Shown: positions 28,795-43,439 of the stretch, one piece after another | Position numbering within the stretch: the stretch's first letter is position 1 | Layout: each line of letters begins with the position of its first letter | Origin: Escherichia coli | GTDB taxonomy: Bacteria; Pseudomonadota; Gammaproteobacteria; Enterobacterales; Enterobacteriaceae | Length of the DNA: 64,000 bases | Strand: one strand, 5' to 3' | NCBI RefSeq assembly: GCF_045037415.1 | Contig: NZ_CP173438.1 | Notes under the pieces: generated by a model | The model's database searches: none | What the model saw: only the letters and a program-made list of their open reading frames with translations | What the model was told of the DNA's origin: nothing | Program-made: the position numbers and the translations under genes

Positions 28795-29631
28795 GTGGAC
28801 GTAAGACAGAGCATCCACAGCGCGCACGCAAAAACGCTGGATACCCAGGGGCTGCGCAATGAATTTTTGGTTGAAAAGGTATTTGTCGCCGATGAGTACA
28901 CCATGGTTTACAGCCACATTGACCGTATTATTGTTGGCGGCATTATGCCGGTAACTAAAACGGTTTCCGTTGGCGGGGAAGTTGGTAAACAACTCGGCGT
29001 AAGCTATTTCCTTGAACGTCGCGAGTTAGGTGTTATCAATATTGGCGGTGCCGGTACGATTACTGTCGATGGTCAATGCTATGAAATCGGTCACCGCGAC
29101 GCCCTGTATGTTGGTAAAGGTGCAAAAGAAGTTGTCTTTGCCAGTATTGATACCGCCACTCCGGCGAAGTTTTATTACAATTGCGCACCCGCGCATACGA
29201 CGTATCCCACCAAAAAAGTCACACCGGACGAAGTATCTCCAGTCACGTTAGGCGATAACCTCACCAGTAACCGTCGCACGATTAACAAATATTTTGTCCC
29301 GGATGTGCTGGAAACCTGCCAATTGAGTATGGGGCTGACGGAGCTGGCTCCAGGTAACTTGTGGAACACCATGCCGTGTCACACCCACGAGCGCCGGATG
29401 GAAGTTTATTTCTATTTCAATATGGATGATGACGCCTGCGTTTTCCACATGATGGGGCAACCGCAAGAAACGCGTCACATTGTGATGCATAACGAGCAGG
29501 CGGTGATCTCCCCGAGCTGGTCGATCCATTCCGGCGTCGGAACCAAAGCTTATACCTTTATCTGGGGCATGGTCGGTGAAAACCAGGTTTTTGATGATAT
29601 GGACCATGTGGCCGTTAAAGATTTGCGCTAG
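28795..29631 (+). CDS. kduI: 5-dehydro-4-deoxy-D-glucuronate isomerase
   Basis: 278 aa, GTG start with GGAGG RBS; N-terminus [24 protein letters not shown]. Confidence 0.93.
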
Positions 29632-29660
29632 TTGTGGGCATAAACGAATAAGGTATTGTT

Positions 29661-30422
29661 ATGATTTTAAGTGCATTTTCTCTCGAAGGTAAAGTTGCGG
29701 TCGTCACTGGTTGTGATACTGGGCTGGGCCAGGGGATGGCGTTGGGGCTGGCGCAAGCGGGCTGTGACATTGTTGGCATTAACATCGTTGAACCGACTGA
29801 AACCATCAAGCAGGTCACGGCGCTGGGGCGTCGTTTTTTAAGCCTGACCGCCGATCTGCGAAAGATTGATGGCATTCCAGCACTGCTGGATCGCGCGGTA
29901 GCGGAGTTTGGTCATATTGATATCCTGGTGAATAACGCCGGATTGATTCGCCGCGAAGACGCTCTCGAATTCAGCGAAAAAGACTGGGACGATGTCATGA
30001 ACCTGAATATCAAGAGCGTATTCTTCATGTCTCAGGCAGCGGCGAAACACTTTATCGCGCAAGGCAATGGCGGCAAGATTATCAATATCGCGTCAATGCT
30101 CTCCTTCCAGGGCGGGATCCGTGTGCCTTCTTATACCGCATCAAAAAGCGGTGTGATGGGCGTGACGCGATTGATGGCGAACGAATGGGCTAAACACAAC
30201 ATTAATGTTAATGCGATAGCTCCGGGTTACATGGCGACCAACAATACTCAACAACTGCGGGCAGATGAACAACGTAGCGCGGAAATTCTCGACCGCATTC
30301 CAGCTGGCCGTTGGGGACTGCCGAGTGACCTGATGGGGCCGGTGGTGTTCCTTGCCTCCAGCGCTTCAGATTATGTGAATGGTTATACCATTGCCGTGGA
30401 TGGCGGTTGGCTGGCGCGTTAA
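29661..30422 (+). CDS. kduD: 2-dehydro-3-deoxy-D-gluconate 5-dehydrogenase (short-chain dehydrogenase)
   Basis: 253 aa; SDR glycine motif TGCDTGLG and catalytic YTASK. Confidence 0.93.
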   Translation: MILSAFSLEGKVAVVTGCDTGLGQGMALGLAQAGCDIVGINIVEPTETIKQVTALGRRFLSLTADLRKIDGIPALLDRAVAEFGHIDILVNNAGLIRREDALEFSEKDWDDVMNLNIKSVFFMSQAAAKHFIAQGNGGKIINIASMLSFQGGIRVPSYTASKSGVMGVTRLMANEWAKHNINVNAIAPGYMATNNTQQLRADEQRSAEILDRIPAGRWGLPSDLMGPVVFLASSASDYVNGYTIAVDGGWLAR

Positions 30423-30444
30423 TTCATTCCTCTTACTTTTATGA

Positions 30445-30468
30445 CCCTGTCGCATGGCAGGGTTTTTT
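30445..30468 (+). terminator. Rho-independent terminator after kduD
   Basis: CCCTG-tcgcatgg-CAGGG followed by TTTTTT. Confidence 0.65.
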
Positions 30469-30637
30469 ATACCTGTAGATCATCATAATCCATATCATGG
30501 TTATGAAATAATCCATATCAATTATCAATTGATGAACTTTATGAATTTTATCTGCTTTAAAATTAGGTGGTTAATAATAATCTCAATAATTCAACTTAAT
30601 TTGAAAATTGGAATATCCATCACATAACGACATGTCG

Positions 30638-30676
30638 TAGCAATTTAATCCATATTTATGCTATTTCCGACCTGAC
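30638..30676 (+). promoter_or_regulatory. AraC araI-like activator site of the araE promoter
   Basis: TAGCAATTTAATCCATA then TATGCTATTTCCGACCTGA; matches the TAGC-N7-TCCATA half-site and the I2-like ACCTGA. Confidence 0.5.
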
Positions 30677-30736
30677 ACCTGTGTGAATTGTTCACGTATT
30701 TTTTCACTATGTCTTACTCTCTGCTGGCAGGAAAAA

Positions 30737-32155
30737 ATGGTTACTATCAATACGGAATCTGCTTTAACGCCACGTCCTCTGCGGGATACGCGGCGTATGA
30801 ATATGTTTGTTTCGGTAGCTGCTGCGGTCGCAGGATTGTTATTTGGTCTTGATATCGGCGTAATCGCCGGAGCGTTGCCGTTCATTACCGATCACTTTGT
30901 GCTGACCAGTCGTTTGCAGGAATGGGTGGTCAGTAGCATGATGCTCGGTGCAGCAATTGGTGCGCTGTTTAATGGTTGGCTGTCGTTCCGCCTGGGGCGT
31001 AAATACAGCCTGATGGCGGGGGCCATCCTGTTTGTACTCGGTTCGATAGGGTCCGCTTTTGCGACCAGCGTAGAGATGTTAATCGCCGCTCGTGTGGTGT
31101 TGGGCATTGCTGTCGGGATCGCGTCTTACACCGCTCCTCTATATCTTTCTGAAATGGCAAGTGAAAACGTTCGCGGTAAGATGATCAGCATGTACCAGTT
31201 GATGGTCACTCTCGGCATCGTGCTGGCGTTTTTATCCGATACAGCGTTCAGTTATAGCGGTAACTGGCGCGCAATGTTGGGGGTTCTTGCTTTACCAGCA
31301 GTTCTGCTGATTATTCTGGTGGTCTTCCTGCCAAATAGCCCGCGCTGGCTGGCGGAAAAGGGGCGTCATATTGAGGCGGAAGAAGTATTGCGTATGCTGC
31401 GCGATACGTCGGAAAAAGCGCGAGAAGAACTCAACGAAATTCGCGAAAGCCTGAAGTTAAAACAGGGCGGTTGGGCACTGTTTAAGATCAACCGTAACGT
31501 CCGTCGTGCTGTATTTCTCGGTATGTTGTTGCAGGCGATGCAGCAGTTTACCGGTATGAACATCATCATGTACTACGCGCCACGTATCTTCAAAATGGCG
31601 GGCTTTACGACCACAGAACAACAGATGATTGCGACTCTGGTCGTGGGGCTGACCTTTATGTTCGCTACCTTCATTGCGGTCTTTACGGTAGATAAAGCAG
31701 GGCGTAAGCCGGCGCTGAAAATTGGTTTCAGCGTGATGGCGTTAGGCACTCTGGTGCTGGGTTACTGCCTGATGCAGTTTGATAACGGTACGGCTTCCAG
31801 TGGCTTGTCCTGGCTCTCTGTTGGCATGACGATGATGTGTATTGCCGGTTATGCGATGAGCGCCGCGCCAGTGGTGTGGATCTTGTGCTCTGAAATTCAG
31901 CCGCTGAAATGCCGCGATTTTGGCATCACCTGCTCAACGACGACAAACTGGGTGTCGAATATGATTATCGGCGCGACCTTCCTGACACTGCTTGATAGCA
32001 TTGGCGCTGCCGGTACGTTCTGGCTCTACACTGCGCTGAACATTGCGTTTGTGGGCATCACTTTCTGGCTCATTCCGGAAACCAAAAATGTCACGCTGGA
32101 ACATATCGAGCGCAAACTGATGGCAGGCGAAAAGTTGAGAAATATCGGCGTCTGA
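30737..32155 (+). CDS. araE: Arabinose:proton symporter (MFS sugar porter)
   Basis: Start at [24 protein letters not shown] (472 aa) rather than the upstream GTG of the 490-aa track ORF. Confidence 0.93.
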   Translation: MVTINTESALTPRPLRDTRRMNMFVSVAAAVAGLLFGLDIGVIAGALPFITDHFVLTSRLQEWVVSSMMLGAAIGALFNGWLSFRLGRKYSLMAGAILFVLGSIGSAFATSVEMLIAARVVLGIAVGIASYTAPLYLSEMASENVRGKMISMYQLMVTLGIVLAFLSDTAFSYSGNWRAMLGVLALPAVLLIILVVFLPNSPRWLAEKGRHIEAEEVLRMLRDTSEKAREELNEIRESLKLKQGGWALFKINRNVRRAVFLGMLLQAMQQFTGMNIIMYYAPRIFKMAGFTTTEQQMIATLVVGLTFMFATFIAVFTVDKAGRKPALKIGFSVMALGTLVLGYCLMQFDNGTASSGLSWLSVGMTMMCIAGYAMSAAPVVWILCSEIQPLKCRDFGITCSTTTNWVSNMIIGATFLTLLDSIGAAGTFWLYTALNIAFVGITFWLIPETKNVTLEHIERKLMAGEKLRNIGV

Positions 32156-32161
32156 TTTCAC

Positions 32162-32194
32162 GGGCCGGATGTGCTGTACATCCGGCCCTTTTTT
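32162..32194 (+). terminator. Rho-independent terminator after araE
   Basis: GGGCCGGAT-gtgctgtac-ATCCGGCCC followed by TTTTTT. Confidence 0.7.
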
Positions 32195-32283
32195 CGTTAA
32201 TAGAGATTAGGCACCTGGCCGTTGAGGCGTTTGCCTCGTTCCTTATTCAGCCTTGTTGCGGTAACACTCATCAGGAGAGAGGA

Positions 32284-32976
32284 ATGAAAACAATTGGTTT
32301 GCTGGGAGGAATGAGCTGGGAATCCACTATTCCTTACTATCGTCTGATAAATGAAGGCATTAAACAGCGGCTTGGTGGGCTTCACTCTGCGCAAGTGCTG
32401 CTACATAGCGTCGATTTTCATGAAATAGAAGAGTGCCAGCGTCGCGGTGAGTGGGACAAAACCGGGGATATTCTGGCTGAGGCGGCGCTTGGCTTACAGC
32501 GGGCGGGCGCAGAAGGTATTGTGTTATGCACCAATACGATGCACAAAGTGGCGGATGCCATTGAGTCTCGTTGCTCTCTGCCTTTCTTACACATAGCGGA
32601 TGCCACTGGACGTGCAATTACCGGGGCAGGAATGACTCGTGTGGCGCTGCTGGGTACACGTTACACCATGGAACAGGATTTTTATCGCGGGCGGCTGACG
32701 GAACAATTTTCCATCAACTGTCTTATTCCTGAAGCGGATGACCGGGCGAAAATTAATCAGATTATTTTTGAAGAACTGTGTCTGGGGCAATTTACCGAAG
32801 CGTCACGCGCTTATTATGCGCAAGTGATTGCTCGCCTTGCAGAACAGGGCGCACAGGGCGTCATTTTTGGCTGCACAGAAATTGGTTTACTGGTGCCAGA
32901 AGAGCGCAGTGTTCTGCCTGTGTTTGATACCGCGGCGATCCATGCCGAGGATGCTGTCGCTTTTATGCTGTCGTAG
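32284..32976 (+). CDS. ygeA: Asp/Glu-family amino acid racemase
   Basis: 230 aa; Asp/Glu racemase family assignment by recall and position between araE and lysR. Confidence 0.88.
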   Translation: MKTIGLLGGMSWESTIPYYRLINEGIKQRLGGLHSAQVLLHSVDFHEIEECQRRGEWDKTGDILAEAALGLQRAGAEGIVLCTNTMHKVADAIESRCSLPFLHIADATGRAITGAGMTRVALLGTRYTMEQDFYRGRLTEQFSINCLIPEADDRAKINQIIFEELCLGQFTEASRAYYAQVIARLAEQGAQGVIFGCTEIGLLVPEERSVLPVFDTAAIHAEDAVAFMLS

Positions 32977-33898
32977 CTGACGACAAAATAGCGTCAAGAG
33001 AAGTGACCAGTTTCGGTAATCCCGCTTGTAAATGCTCACTAAACGCCTGCACCAGCGCTGATGACGGGCGGTGCAGGGGGCGGATCAGGCTGACGGTGAA
33101 TGGAACCGCAATGCTGAACCGCCGCACCACTAAACCGCTTGCCGCATAATCCAGTGCGGTGAGCGGGTTAACCACTGAAACGCCTACCCCCGCCCGTACC
33201 ATTGCGCAGACTGACGCGGCGCTGTGGGTTTCTACGATCATGCGTCGTTTAACCTGATTCTCAGTAAACAATTGATCCAGCAACTGGCGATAGCTGTCAG
33301 TACGGGAAAGGCTGATGTAGTTCTCACCGTGAAAATCATCCGGCGTTAATACCTTTTTTACCGCCAGCGGATGGCCCGGAGGTAACACACACACTTCATC
33401 TAAAGAGAGTAATTCGGTACGTTCTGTTCCCGCAGGCGTATGGAGCGTTTCAGTGAGTCCTAAATCATGACGCTGGGCCGAGAGCCACTCTTCAAGTAGC
33501 GGTGATTCCTGGGGCACGATATTTAAGCTGACATCGGGATAACGTGCCAGAAAGGGTTGCAGGAGCTGCGGTAAAAAAGATTGCGAAAAGACCGGCAGGC
33601 AGGCAATAGACAGTTCTCCCTGGCGAAACTCGCGCAGACTTTCTGCGGCACTGACAATGCGATCCAGTCCGTACCAGGATCGTTGCACTTCTTCAAACAG
33701 ACGCAGTCCTTGCACGGTAGGATGTAATCGTCCACGTATGCGCTCAAACAATTTCAGCCCGATCACCTTCTCAAAGCGCGCCAGTTCGCGGCTGACGGTT
33801 GGCTGTGAGGTGTGTAGCAGGTGTGCCGCCTCAGTCAGGCTTCCGGCGGTCATTACCGCATGAAAAATTTCAATATGACGTAAGTTAACGGCGGCCAT
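32963..33898 (-). CDS. lysR: LysR-type transcriptional activator of lysA
   Basis: 311 aa; N-terminal [26 protein letters not shown]; divergent from lysA. Confidence 0.93.
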   Translation of the reverse strand: MAAVNLRHIEIFHAVMTAGSLTEAAHLLHTSQPTVSRELARFEKVIGLKLFERIRGRLHPTVQGLRLFEEVQRSWYGLDRIVSAAESLREFRQGELSIACLPVFSQSFLPQLLQPFLARYPDVSLNIVPQESPLLEEWLSAQRHDLGLTETLHTPAGTERTELLSLDEVCVLPPGHPLAVKKVLTPDDFHGENYISLSRTDSYRQLLDQLFTENQVKRRMIVETHSAASVCAMVRAGVGVSVVNPLTALDYAASGLVVRRFSIAVPFTVSLIRPLHRPSSALVQAFSEHLQAGLPKLVTSLDAILSSATTA

Positions 33899-34019
33899 TA
33901 GCGCTCTCTCGCAATCCGGTAATCCATATCATTTTTGCATAGACTCGACATAAATCGATATTTTTTATTCTTTTTATGATGTGGCGTAATCATAAAAAAG
34001 CACTTATCTGGAGTTTGTT

Positions 34020-35282
34020 ATGCCACATTCACTGTTCAGCACTGATACCGATCTCACCGCCGAAAATCTGCTGCGTTTGCCCGCAGAATTTGGCTGCCCG
34101 GTGTGGGTCTACGATGCGCAAATTATTCGTCGGCAGATTGCGGCGCTGAAACAGTTTGATGTGGTGCGCTTTGCACAGAAAGCCTGTTCCAATATTCATA
34201 TTTTGCGCTTAATGCGTGAGCAGGGCGTAAAAGTGGATTCCGTCTCGTTAGGTGAAATAGAGCGTGCACTGGCGGCGGGTTACAATCCGCAAACGCACCC
34301 TGATGATATTGTTTTTACGGCAGATGTTATCGATCAGGCGACGCTTGAACGCGTCAGTGAATTGCAAATTCCGGTGAATGCGGGTTCTGTTGATATGCTC
34401 GACCAACTGGGGCAGGTTTCGCCAGGGCATCGGGTATGGCTGCGTGTTAATCCGGGGTTTGGTCACGGGCATAGCCAAAAAACCAATACCGGTGGCGAAA
34501 ACAGCAAGCACGGTATCTGGTACACCGATCTGCCCGCCGCACTGGACGTGATACAACGTCATCATCTACAGCTGGTCGGCATTCACATGCACATTGGTTC
34601 TGGCGTCGATTATGCCCATCTGGAACAGGTATGTGGTGCTATGGTGCGTCAAGTCCTCGAATTCGGTCAGGATTTACAGGCTATTTCTGCGGGCGGTGGG
34701 CTTTCTATTCCTTATCAACAGGGTGAAGAGGCGGTTGATACCGAACATTATTATGGTCTGTGGAATGCCGCGCGTGAGCAAATCGCCCGCCATTTGGGCC
34801 ATCCTGTGAAACTGGAAATTGAACCGGGTCGCTTTCTGGTAGCGCAGGCTGGCGTATTAATTACTCAAGTGCGGAGCGTCAAACAAATGGGTAGCCGCCA
34901 CTTTGTTCTGGTTGATGCCGGGTTCAACGATCTGATGCGCCCGGCAATGTACGGTAGTTACCACCATATCAGTGCCCTGGCAGCTGATGGTCGTTCTCTG
35001 GAACACGCGCCAACGGTGGAAACCGTCGTCGCCGGGCCGTTATGTGAATCGGGCGATGTCTTTACCCAGCAGGAAGGGGGAAATGTCGAAACCCGCGCCT
35101 TGCCGGAAGTGAAGGCGGGTGATTATCTGGTACTGCATGATACAGGGGCATATGGCGCGTCAATGTCATCCAACTACAACAGCCGTCCGCTGTTACCAGA
35201 AGTTCTGTTTGATAATGGTCAGGCGCGGTTGATTCGCCGTCGCCAGACCATTGAAGAATTACTGGCGCTGGAATTGCTTTAA
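34020..35282 (+). CDS. lysA: Diaminopimelate decarboxylase
   Basis: 420 aa; PLP fold-III decarboxylase; N-terminus MPHSLFSTDTDLTAENLLRLPAEFG. Confidence 0.95.
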   Translation: MPHSLFSTDTDLTAENLLRLPAEFGCPVWVYDAQIIRRQIAALKQFDVVRFAQKACSNIHILRLMREQGVKVDSVSLGEIERALAAGYNPQTHPDDIVFTADVIDQATLERVSELQIPVNAGSVDMLDQLGQVSPGHRVWLRVNPGFGHGHSQKTNTGGENSKHGIWYTDLPAALDVIQRHHLQLVGIHMHIGSGVDYAHLEQVCGAMVRQVLEFGQDLQAISAGGGLSIPYQQGEEAVDTEHYYGLWNAAREQIARHLGHPVKLEIEPGRFLVAQAGVLITQVRSVKQMGSRHFVLVDAGFNDLMRPAMYGSYHHISALAADGRSLEHAPTVETVVAGPLCESGDVFTQQEGGNVETRALPEVKAGDYLVLHDTGAYGASMSSNYNSRPLLPEVLFDNGQARLIRRRQTIEELLALELL

Positions 35283-35288
35283 CTGCGG

Positions 35289-36320
35289 TTAGTCGCTGGT
35301 TGCATGATGACTTGCCTCCAGCGACGGAGTTGACACTGAATGGCGACGTACCAGCGTCGGACTAAAGACATTAGTGATTTCCGGGAGAGGGCGATTATCC
35401 GCCAGCGCCAAAGCCAGTTCGGCAGCCTGCGTCGCCATCGTCACGATTGGGTAACGCACGGTGGTCAGGCGCGGACGCACATAGCGTGACACCAGCACAT
35501 CATCAAAGCCAATTAACGAAATCTCACCCGGTACATCAATACCATTATCATTGAGCACGCCCATCGCGCCCGCCGCCATTGAATCGTTATAACAGGCTAC
35601 CGCAGTGAAATTTCTGCCTCGTCCCAAAAGCTCGGTCATTGCCTGTTCGCCGCCGCTTTCGTCTGGTTCGCCAAATGTCACCAGCCGGTCATTGGCCGGA
35701 ATACCACTTTCAGCAAGGGCATCGTAATACCCTTGCAGACGATCTTCGGCGTCAGAAATAGAGTGGTTAGAGCACAGATAACCAATGCGGGTATGACCTT
35801 GCTGAATTAAATGACGCGTTGCCAGCCAGGCACCGTAACGATCGTCCAGAGCAATACAACGGTTTTCAAAGCCAGGCAGGATACGGTTGATCAGCACCAT
35901 ACCGGGCATTTGTTTCATTAATGAGGCTAAATCGGCATCCGGGATCATTTTGGCATGGACAACCAGCGCAGCACAGCGATGGCGGATCAGTTGCTCAATG
36001 GCCTGACGCTCTTTTTGTTCGTTGTGGTAACCGTTGCCAATCAATAAAAAATTACCAGTGTGATAAGCCACCTGTTCGACCGCTTTCACCATTGCACCGA
36101 AAAACGGATCGGAAACATCACCAACGACCAGACCGATCGTTTCAGTGGTCTGCTGCGCCAGCGCACGGGCGTTGGCGTTCGGGTGATAGCTAAGAGACTC
36201 CATTGCACTATGCACAGCCAGTCGGGAAGCTTCGCTGGCTTTGGGTGAATTATTAATGACGCGGGAAACGGTGGCGACTGAAACGCCTGCCAGTCGGGCT
36301 ACATCCTTTATGGTCGCCAT
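35289..36320 (-). CDS. galR: Galactose repressor (LacI/GalR family)
   Basis: 343 aa; N-terminal HTH MATIKDVARLAGVSVATVSRVIN. Confidence 0.95.
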   Translation of the reverse strand: MATIKDVARLAGVSVATVSRVINNSPKASEASRLAVHSAMESLSYHPNANARALAQQTTETIGLVVGDVSDPFFGAMVKAVEQVAYHTGNFLLIGNGYHNEQKERQAIEQLIRHRCAALVVHAKMIPDADLASLMKQMPGMVLINRILPGFENRCIALDDRYGAWLATRHLIQQGHTRIGYLCSNHSISDAEDRLQGYYDALAESGIPANDRLVTFGEPDESGGEQAMTELLGRGRNFTAVACYNDSMAAGAMGVLNDNGIDVPGEISLIGFDDVLVSRYVRPRLTTVRYPIVTMATQAAELALALADNRPLPEITNVFSPTLVRRHSVSTPSLEASHHATSD

Positions 36321-36533
36321 GAAAATACCTTAGTGGGTAAACGCTTACATTCTTTCAGTGTTACGGAAAACGCCCGTTGGTTCAAGGGGCGGCGTGTTTT
36401 CATTGTGGGAATGTGAGCCAAACGCAAATAAGTAAGACAAAAAAAGAGATTGCAAACCTTTGGTTACACTTTGCGAAACGCTGTTGCGATTGACCGCTGG
36501 TGGCGTTTGGCTTCAGGTTGCTAAAGTGGTGAT

Positions 36534-36615
36534 CCCAGAGGTATTGATAGGTGAAGTCAACTTCGGGTTGAGCACATGAATTACACCAGCCTGCGCAGAT
36601 GCGCAGGTTTTTTTT
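36534..36615 (+). ncRNA. omrB: OmrB small regulatory RNA (Hfq-dependent, OmpR-controlled)
   Basis: CCCAGAGGTATTGATAGGTGAAGTCAACTTCGGG...CCTGCGCAGATGCGCAGG plus T9 terminator. Confidence 0.9.
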
Positions 36616-36730
36616 TGCCGGTCATCAATCTGTAACAGTAACCGACAATTTACACACCTCGTTGCATTTCCCTTCATTCCTTTGCGTTTTCTCGCTGGCG
36701 AAGAGTCGTCGTGCAGACCACAATCAAGAT

Positions 36731-36818
36731 CCCAGAGGTATTGATTGGTGAGATTATTCGGTACGCTCTTCGTACCCTGTCTCTTGCACCAACCTGCGCG
36801 GATGCGCAGGTTTTTTTT
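36731..36818 (+). ncRNA. omrA: OmrA small regulatory RNA (paralogue of OmrB)
   Basis: CCCAGAGGTATTGATTGGTGAGATTATTCGG...CCTGCGCGGATGCGCAGG plus T8 terminator; same 5' and 3' ends as OmrB. Confidence 0.9.
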
Positions 36819-36884
36819 CGCACCTAATTTACTGTCGCTCGCGTTCTTTATCTCGTGTAATCTCCCTCCATTCGCTTTTACTGA

Positions 36885-40251
<3,367 letters not shown>

Positions 40252-40254
40252 TAT

Positions 40255-40280
40255 TTAACGCCGGTTTTAACCGGCGTTAA
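40255..40280. terminator. Bidirectional terminator between convergent lplT and tas
   Basis: Perfect palindrome TTAACGCCGGTT-tt-AACCGGCGTTAA. Confidence 0.6.
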
Positions 40281-40282
40281 TC

Positions 40283-41323
40283 TTATGGTGCAGGATACGT
40301 ATAAACCTGATGCACCGCTTCAATTTCAGCTAATACGTCTTCGCTCAACTCCAGATGCAAACTTTCGACGTTAGTTTTCAGCTGCTCCATCGTGGTTGCG
40401 CCCAGCAGAGTGCTGGCAACAAACGGTTGACGGCGTACAAATGCGAGCGCCATCTGAGCAGGGTCCAGGCTATGACGTCTGGCGATATCAACATACGCCG
40501 CGACGGCTTTTTGCGTTTGCTCACCGCTATAGCGGGTGAAGCGACTAAAGAGCGTATTACGTGCGCCAGCGGGTTTTGCACCATTGAGATATTTCCCGGT
40601 CAGCGTGCCGAAACCCAGGCACGAATAGGCCAGCAGTTCGACCCCTTCATACTGGCTGACTTCTGCCAGACCTACTTCAAAACTGCGGTTTAACAGGCTG
40701 TAGGGGTTCTGAATGGTGACAATACGCGGCAGATCGTGTTTGTCCGCCAGATGCAGGTAGCGCATTACGCCAAATGCAGTTTCGTTCGACACGCCTATAT
40801 AACGAATTTTTCCCGCGCGTTGGTACTCTGCCAGTGCGTCCAGCGTATCCAGCAGCGAAACCGCAGGCGCAGAATCTGTCCAGCTATAACCGAGTTTGCC
40901 GAAGCAGTTGGTTGGGCGCTGCGGCCAGTGCACCTGATAGAGATCGAGGTAATCAGTCTGCAGACGCTTGAGGCTGTCATGCAGCGCTTCACGGATATTC
41001 TTCCGATCCAGCGCCTGATCCGGGCGGATGCCTTTGTCATTATTGCGCGACGGTCCGCTCACTTTGGAGGCGATAATTAACTTTTCGCGGCTGCCATGTT
41101 TCGCCAGCCAGTTGCCGACGTAGGTTTCGGTTAGCCCTTGAGTTTCGGGGCGCGGAGGTACTGGGTACATTTCGGCAACGTCGATAAGGTTAATGCCCTG
41201 AGCGACGGCATAGTCGAGTTGTGCGTGGGCGTCGGCTTCGCTGTTCTGTTCACCAAACGTCATCGTGCCAAGCCCCAGCGTGCTGACTTCCAGCGAACTG
41301 TGGGGTATACGGTGATATTGCAT
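40283..41323 (-). CDS. tas: NADP(H)-dependent aldo-keto reductase
   Basis: 346 aa; AKR-family N-terminus MQYHRIPHSSLEVSTLGLGTMTFG. Confidence 0.93.
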   Translation of the reverse strand: MQYHRIPHSSLEVSTLGLGTMTFGEQNSEADAHAQLDYAVAQGINLIDVAEMYPVPPRPETQGLTETYVGNWLAKHGSREKLIIASKVSGPSRNNDKGIRPDQALDRKNIREALHDSLKRLQTDYLDLYQVHWPQRPTNCFGKLGYSWTDSAPAVSLLDTLDALAEYQRAGKIRYIGVSNETAFGVMRYLHLADKHDLPRIVTIQNPYSLLNRSFEVGLAEVSQYEGVELLAYSCLGFGTLTGKYLNGAKPAGARNTLFSRFTRYSGEQTQKAVAAYVDIARRHSLDPAQMALAFVRRQPFVASTLLGATTMEQLKTNVESLHLELSEDVLAEIEAVHQVYTYPAP

Positions 41324-41430
41324 AGCCGTTTCCTTTTTATAATCACGACATAAGGAATATAAAAATGGCAGAGGGAAGGGAAAAGGGAAAGAGAAAAATC
41401 TTAAGGCCAGCCGGATGCTGACCTTATTTG

Positions 41431-41649
41431 TTAACGTTCAATAATTTGCGAAACATCATCACGGTTAATTTGCATCGCGTTACCTTGCTGATCGTGATAA
41501 CTCACCAGCCCGGTATCATCATCAATTTCAGGTTTTCCATCGGTCAAAATCATACGGCCATCTTTGGTCGCCATGACGTAATCACTGGAACACCCGGAAA
41601 CAGCAAACGCCAGTCCGACTGCAGAAATTATTACTGCCCATTTTTTCAT
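41431..41649 (-). CDS. ygdR: Small lipoprotein
   Basis: 72 aa; signal peptide with lipobox AVSGC. Confidence 0.85.
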
Positions 41650-41786
41650 CCGGTTATCCTCATTTGGCCCACCTATGATAATAGTCTGTTTATAAACCGA
41701 CGTTATATATCTTGAAAGCAGGAAAATCTTAAACTGTGAGGGTAACAGGAGTGAGTACGCCCTCCCGCAGGAGAGCGTACGGAGTA

Positions 41787-42500
41787 TCAGAGCGGATTCT
41801 TTTTGTTGCGAATCAGGTTTAGGCTTTCAACCGCAATAGAGAAGAACATCGCGAAGTAGATGTAACCTTTCGGTACGTGGATGTCGAAACTTTCCAGAAT
41901 CAGGGTAAAGCCCACCAGAATCAGGAAAGAGAGCGCCAGCATTTTTACCGAAGGATGGCGCTCGACAAAATCACCAATCGAGCGCGCGGCGAACATCATC
42001 ACGCCTACGGCAATCACCACGGCAGCCATCATAATAAACAGGTGATCTGACAGACCCACAGCGGTAATCACCGAGTCGAGGCTGAAGATAATATCCAGCA
42101 GCATAATCTGCACGATAGCGCCGAGGAATGATGAAACGCGTGTTTTCAGCCCTTCTTCTTCACCTTCGATGGATTCGTGGATTTCCTTGCTGGCTTTCCA
42201 GATAAGGAACAAGCCACCCAGAAGCAGAATCAAATCACGGGCGGAAATTTCCTGACTGAATATTGTAAAAAGCGGATTCGTCAGGCGCGTAACCCAGGCG
42301 ATGGATGCCAGCAGCGCCAGACGCATGACCATGGCTCCCGCCAACCCCAGACGGCGCGCATGAGCACGTTGTGCTGTTGGGAGCTTTGCCACCACCAGAG
42401 AAAGGAAAATAATATTGTCGATCCCAAGAACGATCTCCAGCAGCGTCAGCGTACCGAGCGCAAGCCAGGCGTTAGGATCGGTTATCCATGCAAATAACAT
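41787..42500 (-). CDS. ygdQ: TerC-family integral membrane protein
   Basis: 237 aa multi-TM protein. Confidence 0.88.
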
Positions 42501-42568
42501 CTAAAAAGCCCTGCCAAAAAAATGAAGCGGTAATTATATGCCCGGAAAGCGGCAGGTCAAAGCGATGG

Positions 42569-43258
42569 CTACTGGATCAGAAAATGACGGGCCAGTAGCG
42601 CACTGGTGAAATTCTTCTTCAAATAAAATCCGCGCGGCAGCGTCAGAATCCGTTCGCCCCGGGCACCAATAGCTTCGGTCAGCGCTTTCGCATTCGCTGC
42701 TTTCGGTCGTATCTGTAAATATTCCCCGTGACGAGCGGTGATCCGCTCAATCTGACCGAGAACAATCATATCCATTAATTCTTCCCAGTCTTCGCGTAGC
42801 TGCCGGTCTTCCTCTTCATTCGGGCTCCACAGCAACGGTGATCCTACGCGACGCTTTGCCAGCGGGATGCTGCGCTCGCCTTCAACCGGTATCCACAGCA
42901 CGCGTTTGAGCTTGTGGCGCACGTGGCTGGTTTCCCATGTCACCCCGCTATTGCCCGTTAACGGGGCAACACAAACGAATGTTGTTTCCAGCGGACGACC
43001 AAGACTATCCACAGGGATAGTTTTAAGTTCCACGCCCAGAGCAGCAAAATCTTGCTCAGGTTTACTCCCTGCGCTGGCACCTAGCCAGATCTCCAGTAAC
43101 ACGCCAATCCAGCCCTTATCGCGTTTTAAATTCTCCGGCGTAACCAGCCCGGCAAGTGCCGCCAGTTCTCCCAATGTATAACCAGAAAGTTGTTGTGCTT
43201 GCGCTAACAATTGTTCTTCAGTTTCGGGAGGAGAGAGCAGTGGGCGAGGTTGGGACAT
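42569..43258 (-). CDS. mutH: DNA mismatch repair endonuclease MutH
   Basis: 229 aa; N-terminus [33 protein letters not shown]. Confidence 0.95.
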
Positions 43259-43439
43259 GTCATGATACCTTGGTTAAAAAACAAACAGCAATTATGTGCC
43301 GAATATTCGCAGTGTAACTTTTTCCACATGCGTTGTTCAATTCTCTGATTTATATTGCTTTTTAGGTTGCCGGTAATCGAGTTGCGCAACACTGCAACGG
43401 GTTTTCCAAATCTGGTCACTGAAAATAAACAGGATCTTA

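Noticed and set aside
30679-30693. CRP site TGTGAATTGTTCACG at the araE promoter
   Set aside because: Half-site spacing is 5 rather than 6 bp and it lies where the -10 region should be; kept only as a remark.
30683-30736. GTG-initiated 18-codon N-terminal extension of araE
   Set aside because: The extension overlaps the AraC-binding region and promoter; the ATG at 30737 gives the canonical 472-aa transporter.
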